A DNA stretch of 37,804 nt from positions 1-37,804 of IMG/VR virus record IMGVR_UViG_3300021082_000065; one strand, given 5' to 3'. This stretch comes from a virus (taxonomy: Duplodnaviria; Caudoviricetes). The notes under the pieces were generated by a model. The model searched no databases. It had not been told where the DNA came from and was given only the letters and a program-made list of their open reading frames with translations. A program made the position numbers and the translations under genes. Below, piece after piece: positions 25,088-34,170 of the stretch. Position 1 is the stretch's first letter, and every line of letters starts with the position of its first letter.

Positions 25088-25799
25088 ACCGGCGGCTGCG
25101 ATCGACGAGCGCCAGCGCGGCGTCCACGTCCACCTCGAGCGCAGCGGCCTCGGCCTCGGCCGTCCCGTCGTCGACCGGCGGCGGCTGCTCCTGCTGCTCG
25201 TCGGTGTCGGCGTGGGCGAGCAGCTCGATGGCGGCCTTCGCCTCCTCGTCGGTCAGCTCACCCGCGGCCTTGCGCTTGGCGATCTCCACCACCGCATCGA
25301 CGGAGACCTGTCCGGCGCGCACGGCCAGCACCTTGGCTCCCGGCACCGCGCCCCGCAGCACGAGGCTGACCTCGTCGAGGTCGGCAGCCACGATCACCTC
25401 GCGCGCTCCGGCCCACTTGGTCTCCTCGTCCTTCGTCGGTGGCCGTCGCTCGGTGTTCCAGAACCCGACCGAGCAGTCGACGATGGTGCCGTCGGCCACC
25501 TGGGCGTGGGCCCGTCGGGCCATCGGGACGGCGTCGAAGTCGGAGAAGGCGAAGTCGACCGTGGGGCCGTCCTCGCTCACCGTGTAGCCGGTGGCCGGAC
25601 CGAGGGGCTCGGACCAGTCGTGCGCCCAGACGAGCGTCGGCATGCGCTTGGCCAGGCTGGCGTCGAAGGCGTCGGGCAGGAACACCGAGCCGTAGTCGTC
25701 GACGATGTTGGGGGTGATCGGCTTCAACGTCACGCCCGGCTTGCCATCCTTGCTCACCGCCCGCAGCTCGGCCTTGCGGGTCTCACGCTTGGCGCTCAT
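25086..25799 (-). CDS. HK97-family prohead protease
   Basis: VDDYG...AFDASL...WAHD...CSVGF...LDEVSLV..GA. Confidence 0.88.
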   Translation of the reverse strand: MSAKRETRKAELRAVSKDGKPGVTLKPITPNIVDDYGSVFLPDAFDASLAKRMPTLVWAHDWSEPLGPATGYTVSEDGPTVDFAFSDFDAVPMARRAHAQVADGTIVDCSVGFWNTERRPPTKDEETKWAGAREVIVAADLDEVSLVLRGAVPGAKVLAVRAGQVSVDAVVEIAKRKAAGELTDEEAKAAIELLAHADTDEQQEQPPPVDDGTAEAEAAALEVDVDAALALVDRSRR

Positions 25800-28069
25800 G
25801 CCGCCACTCCTTCCAGCACCCGGCGGAAGCCGAGCACGTCGAACTCTCCAGTGGGAACCAGACCCAGCAGGGCCAGCGCGGTGCGGGTCTCCACCTGCAG
25901 CGGGGCCCGGGCACCGGCCGTGGCGAACTCCTCGGGCGTCAGGAACGCCACCGTGCAGCGGCAGTTGACCGTGTTGGCAGCCGACCCTGACGGGTCGCCG
26001 GGGTACTCCAAGCCCTCGCCGTCGACCGTGAACGGGGCCCCCACCTCGACCGTCATGCCGTCGGCCTCGGCGTGGGCGTCACGCACCTTGGCGTCGCGGG
26101 TGGCGATCCACTCCTGGCCGGCCACCACGTCACGGGGCAGCTGCACCGCGCCGAGCGTGGCGCTGCCGTTGTAGGCCGAGATGACCTCGGTGCGGGCGAT
26201 GCGGGTAGCCCGCACGTCGTCGGCCACGGCGAACACGTGGCGGATCCGGTCAGCCAAGGCGTCGACGTCCTCGCCCACCGTGACCCCTTCGACCAGCGTG
26301 TCCCGGATCGCCTGGTACGTGGTGTCGGTGACCGGCCCGGCCAGCTGGTTGGCCCGGGCGTCGATGAACGTCTGGACCCAGGGGTCGGACACGTCGAAGG
26401 CCACACCGAACACCGATGAGAGGCGGTTGAGCCCGGCGGTGGCCACCTCCTCGAACAGGTCGGCCACCAGCTGGCGGGTCTCGTCGGCCCAGAAGGCGGG
26501 GTCGAAGATGGCAGCGGGGTCGAGCGGGTCGGCCGGGGCCCGCTCCTCCAGCATCTGGCGACCTCGCTTGCCCTTCAACCGAGCCAGCGAAGCGACCACC
26601 TGACGCTCGAACAGGCGACGGAACGCTCGTTCCCAGCGCCCTTCGAGCGTGCGCACGACGGCGTCGGAGGCTCGCCAGATCTTGGCTCGGCGGGCCTCGA
26701 TGGTGGCGGGGTCGGCGGCGCGGTCCTCGCGCTCGGGGGCCTGCATGGCCACAGGAGGCTCGACCGGCATGTCGATGGCATCGTGGGGCATCACGGCCGG
26801 CACAGGGGCAACGGGAGGGGCCTGCGGGGCTTCCAGCGGCTCGTCGCCGCCGTCCATCGGCTCCAGCATCAGGTCCTCGCGGACCTCGTTGGGCATGACC
26901 ACGCCGAGGGTGAGCATCGCCGTCGTGTCGATGGTGGCGAAGCGGGGCTTGCCCTTGAGCGCCCGCACCACGGACAGGTCGAACCAGCAGACCTCGCCCC
27001 CCAGCCGGGGCGCCAGCTGCATGTTCACGTCGTCGGTGAAGTCCTCCATGAGGGGCAGGAGGCGCTCTTCCCAGAACGTTCGGTCCTCCACCTCGGCGTT
27101 GTCGAACGTCCGCCCGCTGGCGTCCAGCTTCGACCAGGGGACGCCGAGCGCCATCGCCACCTCGGCCATGGCGTCGCGGCGGAGCTCCACCAGGCGGGCG
27201 TCCTTGGCGCTGAGGCCGAGCACCTTGACGTCGATGGTCTCCGACACCGGCCCGTCTCCGTCGTCGCCCACCTCGTGGAAGTGGGTGCGCCCGGCGTTGT
27301 CCGGCCCTTGGAACTCGGCCGACCACTGCTGGCGGAAGCGGCGGCGGTGCTCCTCGTCGGGGAACTGCGTCGTGGTGACCACCGTGGCGGGGGTGGCGTT
27401 GTTGCGCAGGAAGGCCACCGAGTACCGGTCGGCGGCGATGGCCAGCGACAGGTCGAAGCGGCAGGCCATCAGCGGCGACTCGGCCTGGCGGAAGTCGAGC
27501 CCGCCCGGGTCCCACCCGTAGAACACCCGGCCCGGTGGGAGCTTGACCGGCTTGTCGCCCCGCCCGTAGGTGAACACCTTGAACCACTCGATGCCGCCCT
27601 CGGAGGCTTCGGTGTCCAAGCGAGCAGCGACCAGCGGCCACAGCGCCACGATGGCGCCGTCCTCGCGGCCGTCGTCGGTCTCGATCTCCCATGCCCGCCG
27701 TCCGGTCACCAGCTGCTGAGCGATCGTCCAGCGGATCAGCTTGCGAGCGGAGAGCTTGGGCGCCGGGCCTCCGGGCGGAGGCCCGAGCAGGCGGGCCAGC
27801 GGTGCGTTGGGGTTGGTGTCGGCGCTGCGACGGCGGTCCCGGCCGACGACGATGGGCACCGCGGCGATGGCGTTGGCGATGATCTGCACGCAGCGGTAGG
27901 CGATCACGTTGGCCAGGTAGCCGAGGCGGAAGGCCTGGTCGGCGTTCCACTCGAACGGCATGGCCTGCCCGGGGCCGGTGTAGTACAGCTGGCGGGTGGC
28001 GCCCGAGGGGTCACGGACGCCGGTGGGCAGGATGAGGCGCTGCTCGGGAACGGCGGGCAGCATGGTCAT
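25796..28069 (-). CDS. Portal protein fused to a C-terminal MuF-like minor head domain
   Basis: HK97-like portal (AYRCVQIIANAIA, FLRNNATP, MALGVP, PNEVRE), then RATRIARTE...EWIATRD..VRDAH...PGDP...NCRC. Confidence 0.9.
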   Translation of the reverse strand: MTMLPAVPEQRLILPTGVRDPSGATRQLYYTGPGQAMPFEWNADQAFRLGYLANVIAYRCVQIIANAIAAVPIVVGRDRRRSADTNPNAPLARLLGPPPGGPAPKLSARKLIRWTIAQQLVTGRRAWEIETDDGREDGAIVALWPLVAARLDTEASEGGIEWFKVFTYGRGDKPVKLPPGRVFYGWDPGGLDFRQAESPLMACRFDLSLAIAADRYSVAFLRNNATPATVVTTTQFPDEEHRRRFRQQWSAEFQGPDNAGRTHFHEVGDDGDGPVSETIDVKVLGLSAKDARLVELRRDAMAEVAMALGVPWSKLDASGRTFDNAEVEDRTFWEERLLPLMEDFTDDVNMQLAPRLGGEVCWFDLSVVRALKGKPRFATIDTTAMLTLGVVMPNEVREDLMLEPMDGGDEPLEAPQAPPVAPVPAVMPHDAIDMPVEPPVAMQAPEREDRAADPATIEARRAKIWRASDAVVRTLEGRWERAFRRLFERQVVASLARLKGKRGRQMLEERAPADPLDPAAIFDPAFWADETRQLVADLFEEVATAGLNRLSSVFGVAFDVSDPWVQTFIDARANQLAGPVTDTTYQAIRDTLVEGVTVGEDVDALADRIRHVFAVADDVRATRIARTEVISAYNGSATLGAVQLPRDVVAGQEWIATRDAKVRDAHAEADGMTVEVGAPFTVDGEGLEYPGDPSGSAANTVNCRCTVAFLTPEEFATAGARAPLQVETRTALALLGLVPTGEFDVLGFRRVLEGVAA

Positions 28070-29376
28070 GCGGCCACGTTCACGATCGACCGACGGCGAC
28101 TCTTGCGCTGGTCGATGGCCAGGTCGGTGACCGCCCAGACCAGGGCGTCGAGGCGGTCCGGCGAGTCGCCCGAGTCAGGCGTCCACGTGCACAGCTGGTC
28201 CTCGAGCTCGGCCAGGCCGCCGACGTGGTGCACCCGGCCCTGCTCGTACAGCGCAGCGACCGGCTCGGCGCGCACCCGCTTGCCGCGCGAAGCGTGGACC
28301 TTGCGCACCGGCACCGAGGAGTCCACCGTGCGCAGCACCAGCTCGACCAGGTCGCCGCCGTTGTTCACCTCGGCCACGATGCGGTCCCCTTCCAGCTCGT
28401 CGTACAGGTCGACCGCGGCGCGCGCCCAGCGGTCGGGGCTGGCCCGCAGCGTGCGGTCGGCGAGCACGTAGACGTGACCGTCGGTGCCGAGGCCCGCGGC
28501 CACGATGCCGGTGTCGTCGGAGTCCTCGCCGGAAGTGACCGCCGGGTCGATGGCCACCACGATCCGTCTCATGCTGGGCGCTGCCTCCACTCGATGGCCG
28601 TCGATCAGGTCCTGGGTCCACAGTGCCCCAGGGGTGTCGACCAGCAGCTCGGCGTACAGCTCCTGGCGTCCGATGCGGGTCCCCTCGTACAGCGAGCGCA
28701 GCTCGGCCAGGGCGGCGGGGCTCAGGTTGGCGGCGTTGTCGAACGTGGAGCCGACGGTGGTGACGGTGGTGGGCCGGTCGAGCAGGCCGCGGATCAGCTT
28801 CGTCGGCCGGGGCGTCGTGGTGACCATCATGCGCCCGTCCTGGTTGCCGACCCTGGTGGCCAGGCGCAGCTGCGTGAAGGCGTCGGCGTAGCGCCAGGCA
28901 GCCAGCTCGTCGCACCAGGAGGCGGCGAAGTTGCGGCCACGGAAGCGTTCGACCTGCTCGGCGGAGCGCAGCTTGAGGCTGGATCCGTTGGGCAGCATCA
29001 GCTCGCCGAGCGTCCGGTTCCAGGTGGTGCCGTCGCGGTAGCCGCGGCGTTCGAGCACGGCGAGCACGCCGGACTCACCTTCGACGCAGATGTCGCGGGC
29101 GTCCTCGAAGGTGGGCGCCGCTATGCCGTAGGCCCGGCGTTCACGCAGGGCCAGCTCGACGATCCACTCGGCGCCGGTGCGGGTCTTGCCGAAGCCTCGC
29201 CCGGCCAGGATGACCCAGGTGGACCAGTCGCCCTCGGGTGGCTGCTGGGCGGGGCGAGCACCGGGGAAGTACCGGTCGTCTTCCTTGGCCAGCTCGGCCT
29301 TGAGGTAGCGGTAGTACTTGGCCAGCTCGGCGGGGGTGGCTTTCGCCAGGTCCTCGTCGGGGATGATGATGGTCAT
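28066..29376 (-). CDS. terL: Terminase large subunit
   Basis: AGRGFGKT Walker A, WCDE Walker B, TTTP, AIDPA...DDTG, EVNNGG, PDRLDA. Confidence 0.95.
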   Translation of the reverse strand: MTIIIPDEDLAKATPAELAKYYRYLKAELAKEDDRYFPGARPAQQPPEGDWSTWVILAGRGFGKTRTGAEWIVELALRERRAYGIAAPTFEDARDICVEGESGVLAVLERRGYRDGTTWNRTLGELMLPNGSSLKLRSAEQVERFRGRNFAASWCDELAAWRYADAFTQLRLATRVGNQDGRMMVTTTPRPTKLIRGLLDRPTTVTTVGSTFDNAANLSPAALAELRSLYEGTRIGRQELYAELLVDTPGALWTQDLIDGHRVEAAPSMRRIVVAIDPAVTSGEDSDDTGIVAAGLGTDGHVYVLADRTLRASPDRWARAAVDLYDELEGDRIVAEVNNGGDLVELVLRTVDSSVPVRKVHASRGKRVRAEPVAALYEQGRVHHVGGLAELEDQLCTWTPDSGDSPDRLDALVWAVTDLAIDQRKSRRRSIVNVAA

Positions 29377-29807
29377 GCGCTGCGGCGCGCGGCGAGGTCG
29401 TCGCGCAGCTCGGCCACCTCGACGGGGACGATGGCCTCGGTGCGGGTGGTGGCTCCGCCGGCGAGCAGCTGCGCCTTGTCGACGCAGATGGCCATGGTGG
29501 TGGCCAGGTCCCGGATGCCGGTGAGGCGATCTGCTTCCACCCGTTCGGCGATGCGGTCAAGAGCCTTGCCTGCCACCTCGCCCAGCCGCTGCGCCATGGT
29601 GATCTTTCGGTCTTCCCAGGCCAGCGTCTTGGCGGCGTTCGCCTTCTCCAGCTCGGCTGCTGGGGGCGAGGTGATGCCGTGACGTGAGCCCCAGCTGGCG
29701 ATGGTGCCCGCGGGGATGCCGGTGCGGCGCGCCGCCTCAGCCTTGCCGTGGGCGGCCAGGATGGCCAAGGCTTCGGCCTTCTGCTCGGCGGTGCATCTGG
29801 GCTGCAT
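29373..29807 (-). CDS. Terminase small subunit (N-terminal HTH)
   Basis: TAEQKAEALA...AARRTGIPAGTIASW; DKAQLLAG; directly upstream of terL; start re-called. Confidence 0.75.
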   Translation of the reverse strand: MQPRCTAEQKAEALAILAAHGKAEAARRTGIPAGTIASWGSRHGITSPPAAELEKANAAKTLAWEDRKITMAQRLGEVAGKALDRIAERVEADRLTGIRDLATTMAICVDKAQLLAGGATTRTEAIVPVEVAELRDDLAARRSA

Positions 29808-29816
29808 GGCGGATGC

Positions 29817-29840
29817 ATGATCGGATGCATCCGTTGACCT
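29817..29840 (-). promoter_or_regulatory. Putative late promoter (packaging block)
   Basis: AGGTCAAC-N10-GATCAT, then 9 nt to ATG. Confidence 0.7.
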
Positions 29841-29934
29841 GCCGGGGATCAGTCGGGATGGCGGCTGCCGATCCACCGGGCCAAACTCAGCCCACCCCAG
29901 ATGACGCATGCCAGCTCGACGATCTGTAGAGCGC

Positions 29935-30135
29935 TCACTCCTCGTCGTCCCACCAGTCGGGTCCCCAGACGTGGTCGGGTCGGAGGTCCAATCGGGTGGC
30001 GTAGGCGTCGGCCTGGCGGTCGGTGAGGGGTCGGCAGAGGATGGCGGGGTCGAGGTGGAGGCGCAGCGCCGTGGCTCGCAGCGAGAGCCCGGTGGCCTCG
30101 ATGAGCGGAGCGGCCGGCCAGTGGCGGGTGGTCAT
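29935..30135 (-). CDS. Small HTH-like protein
   Basis: GLSLRATALRLHLDP...ADAYATRLDLRPDHVW; ATGA overlap; last early gene. Confidence 0.65.
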   Translation of the reverse strand: MTTRHWPAAPLIEATGLSLRATALRLHLDPAILCRPLTDRQADAYATRLDLRPDHVWGPDWWDDEE

Positions 30136-30305
30136 GGGGTGGCGGGTTGGTGGTGGCTGCACCAGTCATGGGGTCGGGTGGTGGGCTGACCGATGCTGGG
30201 CTTGCCATGTTCGTCCACTTGGCGTGTCGGAGGATCGAGATGGCATGTGCCGTTGTACTCGAAGCGATCCCAGTGGAAGCAGGTGATGCAGGTGGGATGG
30301 ATCAT
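30132..30305 (-). CDS. 57-aa Cys-rich metal-binding protein
   Basis: Translated by hand: MIHPTCITCFHW...GTCHLDPP...DWCSHH; ATGA overlaps at both ends; missing from the ORF track. Confidence 0.7.
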   Translation of the reverse strand: MIHPTCITCFHWDRFEYNGTCHLDPPTRQVDEHGKPSIGQPTTRPHDWCSHHQPATP

Positions 30306-32983
30306 GCCGTGAGGTCTCCTGTGGGGGTTTGGGGGCGTGGTTTGCGCTGAGGGCGGGGCGCGAGTTGCGTAGTTTCGCGAGTGACTTTTGGCCCCTCTGT
30401 ACTTTTCGTCTCCCCGTTTTCACATACGGCGCTGATAGGTGGTGACTCGCGGTACTCGCGGTGAATTGCATCGTCCCTGGTAGACGGATCGAGGCCCAAA
30501 GCCCCATCTTCGCAACTCGCGCCTATGTCGCGGATGGCCACCGTGTAGCGGACCAGCCGGTCACGTCCGGGGGGCATGGTGACGATGTGCAGTCCGTCGT
30601 CGCCGTAGTGCCTCCCGGCCTTCTTCACGAGGGCTCGGCCGAGCCGGCGGGTGAACCCGGTGGCCCCCCAGTGCTCGGCCAGCTCGTCGGGCAGTGACGC
30701 TTTGAGGGGGTGGTTCGTGTCGTTGTCCATGGTTTGGTAGATCTGTGGGCTGGTGACGCTGCGGTCGGGGCCGTAGGTGTCCATCCATGCAGTGAGGAAG
30801 GCTTCCCAGCCGGCGGCTTCGTGGTCGGCGGTGGCGTGGAAGGCGTCGAGGTTGTCCAGGAAGTCACTGATGCCGACGTGGGCCAGGATGCCGCCGACGG
30901 TGGCCACCCAGGGCGTGTAGCCCCCCATGGCGGCTACCGAAGCCGCTCGCGGCCGTCCAGCCGACCACCAGGACCGCACGAGGATGCACAACGCCCCCAG
31001 GATCTCGGCCCGTTGCGCCCGGACATGGCCGAGGAGGTCGGGGTGACGGAACCCGGTGCGCTTCCACGGCTGGGCCTGGTGGGCGTCGAGGCGGATGCGG
31101 TAGCAGCGGCGGGCCAGGTCACCTCCGACGTCGATGTTGTTGCCGGTGGCCATCCAGGTGACCCGCGCCGGCACGCTCACCCGCTCCGATCGGCCGAGGA
31201 TGCGGTCCTGCCACTGGTCAGCGGTGAGGGCGGTGGCCAGCACGGATGAGCGCAGGGTGCCTTCGACGTTGTCGAAGGCGATGGTGGTCACCCCGGAGAT
31301 GAGCAGCGAGGTGATCAGCTTCTGCAGCTCTTCGTGTCGTTCGGGGATGTGCTGCATCCCAGTCGCTCGACCGGTCACCACCATGGAGATGAGCTCGACC
31401 AGGAGGCTCTTGCCGGTCCCTGGTTCGGGGGCGTCGATCAGGGCCATCGGCACCGGACCGGGGATGACGGGGCGGACGAGGTTGGTGAGGAGCAGCGCCC
31501 AGGCATTGGCCCGGTCGGCGGTGGTGTCCCACGGCAGATCGCACAGGAGGTCCTCGATGGTGGCCACGGCTGCGGTCACTTCGTCGAGGGTGGGATGTTC
31601 GGGAATGTGGATGGGCTGTCCGACTGGCGCCCAGTGGTAGAGCCTGGTTGCCGGGTCATAGCCGTGGATGGTGCGGAAGACGCCGTCAGGGCGCAGGATG
31701 GGGGTCTCGGTGACGCCCATGAGCGGCGGGAAGGACCACCCCGGCTGAGCCAGGATGGTGCGCATCAGGTCAATGGGGGGCGACCCCTTGGATCGCTCGC
31801 CGTCTTTGTTCACTCGAACGAAGTGCATGGCTTGCACGGCGTGGTAGCGGAGGTGCTCGGCGTCGAGGTGTTCCAGGAGTGGGGACAGGTTCTCATCGGC
31901 CCGGCAACGGGTCACTCGGCCGGCGCGCACGAACAGCTGCGGCGGGTCGTTGGCCGCGTCGAGATGACCAAGGACCTCGGCGGCCAGCTCGTCGAGGTTG
32001 CGTCCGTTGACGACCACCACCGGACGCGTGGGGAGTGGCGGGGTCTCGAGGTCGGCCTTGGCGGCCATGGCCCGCGCCCAGCCGATGGCATCGCGGGTCT
32101 GGAGCCCAGCCAGCTCGGACGCCGCGTCCGTCCACTTGCCGCCGTGGCGGGTGAAGGCGTAGTAGCCGAACCGGTCAAACGTCTGGTCCTGGGGCAGCGC
32201 GGGCACTGACGACGTGAACACCTTGAGCATGTCGGAGCCGAGGTAGTTGACGGTGGCCGATGGCCCTTCCCGTCGGTCCTTCCCTGGCCGGGTCCAGTGC
32301 TCCTCGCCGTCGCCGTTGCGATGGTGCAGCGTCCAGCCGTCGGCCTCGAGCAGCTCGGCCCAGGTGGTCTCGGCGGTGAACCGGTCGCCGGGCCGGTCCC
32401 CCACCCGCTCTACGGCGCGGGGAACCTGTGCGGCTGCGTCGCGGCGGGTGGGGGGCGCGTCGGCCAGCAGGGTGAGCAGCCAGGCCGGCGGCTCGGCGAC
32501 GGTGACCCCGTCGAACGGCGAGCAGGTCGCCTCCCACTGGTACTGCCCGCCGGAGGGGTGGAGCGAAGGGGGAGCGAGGACGTAGCCGCCCTCGCCGCGG
32601 ACGTCGATGCCGTCGGGTAGCCGGCCGCGGGCGTTGGTGATCCCGTCGCGCCAACGCAGGTAGATGTGCCGGCCGCCGGACCCGGTGATCGCCTCCACCG
32701 TCGCCGGCAGCGGTCCGTGCTCGGCCTCCAGCTCGGCCAGGGCCTCGTCGCCGGTCTTGCCGTCGGCCACGTCGACGTCGAGGACGAACACCCCGGACTC
32801 CTGGCCGGTGCGGACGGCGATGGAGTCGTCAGGGTGGTCGTCCCACCAGCGGCGGATCTGGCGGGCGTTGGTGGAGGCGTCCTTGAACCCGGACGCGGTG
32901 CGGGGCGCCTTGGTCCCCTCGACGATCGGGAACACGGGCCAGCCGAGACCGGCCAGGGCCAGCGCGGCGTCCAGGTTGGTCAC
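30302..32983 (-). CDS. Bifunctional DNA primase/polymerase fused to a P-loop helicase-like domain
   Basis: Prim-pol motifs GWPVFP, VLDVD, TGSGGRH, GGYVLAPPS; Walker A PGTGKS, FDNV, TGNN. Confidence 0.92.
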   Translation of the reverse strand: MTNLDAALALAGLGWPVFPIVEGTKAPRTASGFKDASTNARQIRRWWDDHPDDSIAVRTGQESGVFVLDVDVADGKTGDEALAELEAEHGPLPATVEAITGSGGRHIYLRWRDGITNARGRLPDGIDVRGEGGYVLAPPSLHPSGGQYQWEATCSPFDGVTVAEPPAWLLTLLADAPPTRRDAAAQVPRAVERVGDRPGDRFTAETTWAELLEADGWTLHHRNGDGEEHWTRPGKDRREGPSATVNYLGSDMLKVFTSSVPALPQDQTFDRFGYYAFTRHGGKWTDAASELAGLQTRDAIGWARAMAAKADLETPPLPTRPVVVVNGRNLDELAAEVLGHLDAANDPPQLFVRAGRVTRCRADENLSPLLEHLDAEHLRYHAVQAMHFVRVNKDGERSKGSPPIDLMRTILAQPGWSFPPLMGVTETPILRPDGVFRTIHGYDPATRLYHWAPVGQPIHIPEHPTLDEVTAAVATIEDLLCDLPWDTTADRANAWALLLTNLVRPVIPGPVPMALIDAPEPGTGKSLLVELISMVVTGRATGMQHIPERHEELQKLITSLLISGVTTIAFDNVEGTLRSSVLATALTADQWQDRILGRSERVSVPARVTWMATGNNIDVGGDLARRCYRIRLDAHQAQPWKRTGFRHPDLLGHVRAQRAEILGALCILVRSWWSAGRPRAASVAAMGGYTPWVATVGGILAHVGISDFLDNLDAFHATADHEAAGWEAFLTAWMDTYGPDRSVTSPQIYQTMDNDTNHPLKASLPDELAEHWGATGFTRRLGRALVKKAGRHYGDDGLHIVTMPPGRDRLVRYTVAIRDIGASCEDGALGLDPSTRDDAIHREYRESPPISAVCENGETKSTEGPKVTRETTQLAPRPQRKPRPQTPTGDLTA
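30357..30523. other. Putative replication origin
   Basis: Five CGCGAGT/ACTCGCG heptamers in inverted arrangement around an AT-richer core at the 3' end of the primase gene. Confidence 0.55.
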
Positions 32984-33306
32984 CCGTCGGCGGTGAGGTC
33001 GTTGCCAGCTCCGCGCAGGTAGGTGTCCACCGCGTCGGTGGTGAGGGTCACCGAACGGGTGGGCGGGACCTCCTCGAAGGACATCGAGTCGATGACCACG
33101 ACGTGCTGGCGCTCCAAGCCGTTGCTGGTGCGGGCATGGGTGACCTTGGTGACGATGCCGCGGGCGAGGAACGAGACGCTCTCACCCAGCTTCCAACCGG
33201 TCGGAAGGACGATGTCGTCCTGGGTGGAATCGGTCGAGCCGGTGACGGTGAGGCGGCAGACCTCGACGTCGGCGCCCTCGAACAGGCGCAGCTGCTGGTC
33301 GTTCAT
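32980..33306 (-). CDS. Hypothetical protein
   Basis: Coupled to both neighbours; GGAGG RBS. Confidence 0.7.
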   Translation of the reverse strand: MNDQQLRLFEGADVEVCRLTVTGSTDSTQDDIVLPTGWKLGESVSFLARGIVTKVTHARTSNGLERQHVVVIDSMSFEEVPPTRSVTLTTDAVDTYLRGAGNDLTADG

Positions 33307-33524
33307 GGTCCCTCCAGTGGGATGTCGAAGCGGTGGTGGCCCGCCTGGTCGCAGTGGCGCTCGTAGGAGGCGGTGGTGGTGAAATGGGCGGCGCAGTCGT
33401 GGCAGACCACGTGGACCGCTCCACCGACCTCACGGCGGGTCGTCCGGGGCGCGCGGCCAGAGCCGGTGATCCCGAGGCGCTTGCGGGTGGCAACGTCGAG
33501 CTGGTCGGCGGGAACGCCGGTCAT
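33303..33524 (-). CDS. Small C2H2-type Zn-finger protein
   Basis: CHDCAAHFTTTASYERHCDQAGH; ATGA overlaps; start re-called. Confidence 0.68.
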   Translation of the reverse strand: MTGVPADQLDVATRKRLGITGSGRAPRTTRREVGGAVHVVCHDCAAHFTTTASYERHCDQAGHHRFDIPLEGP

Positions 33525-33889
33525 GGCGCGCAGGGCGGTGCTGGGCTGCGCTGTGAGTCCCGGTGACCACCGGAGGGACGGAGCCACCGGCTCTCGACCG
33601 GCCACTCGGCTCCGGGTTGCCACAGCACGTCGGAGGGGTCGATGCCGGCGGCCTGCAAGACGTTGTTCGGCTGCAGGTAGACCGGGTAGGAGTCGCCGTC
33701 GTGCCCGCGCAGGACGTACCAGCCGGTGGCGTTGACAGCATAGTCGTAGTGGTTCCGGTGCTCCGGCCCCAGGCACACCTTGGCCAGCGCGACGACGGGC
33801 AGCGCTGGCCCCACCTGCACCTTCGGTGGCGCGCAGGCCGCGATGACTGCGAGGGCCAGCGCCGGCGCCAGACGTCGGAGGCCGGTCAC
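33521..33889 (-). CDS. Lipoprotein, paralogue 2
   Basis: MTGLRRLAPALALAVIAA-C lipobox. Confidence 0.72.
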   Translation of the reverse strand: MTGLRRLAPALALAVIAACAPPKVQVGPALPVVALAKVCLGPEHRNHYDYAVNATGWYVLRGHDGDSYPVYLQPNNVLQAAGIDPSDVLWQPGAEWPVESRWLRPSGGHRDSQRSPAPPCAP

Positions 33890-34170
33890 GACGCCACCGC
33901 CTCTTGCTTCGCCAACCGGAGGGCCAGGTTGCGCCGGACCCGCATCGGTCGGCGCTCACGCTCCGAGCAGCCACCCCAGACCCCGTGCTGCAGGTTGAGC
34001 TCCAGGGAGTAGTCGAGGCACTCGGCGATCACCGGGCAGCCGGCGCAGAAGGCCCGGATCTCCGTCATCTTGCGCGAGTCGCCCTTGGTCGGGAAGAAGA
34101 AGTCGCGCGGGGTCGCCTCGAGGTGGCAGCGGGCCCGGGCCTTCCACTCGGCCTCTGGTTCGTAGGGCAT
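33886..34170 (-). CDS. whiB: WhiB-family Fe-S transcription factor
   Basis: W...A.C...FFP...CAGCPV..ECL...GVWGG.SERER. Confidence 0.95.
   Translation of the reverse strand: MPYEPEAEWKARARCHLEATPRDFFFPTKGDSRKMTEIRAFCAGCPVIAECLDYSLELNLQHGVWGGCSERERRPMRVRRNLALRLAKQEAVAS

Noticed and set aside
13686-29682. Long plus-strand ORFs (e.g. 13686-15401, 18373-19878, 24615-26174, 26783-28471, 28225-29682)
   Set aside because: Antisense shadows of well-supported minus-strand genes, expected in high-GC DNA; no recognisable motifs.
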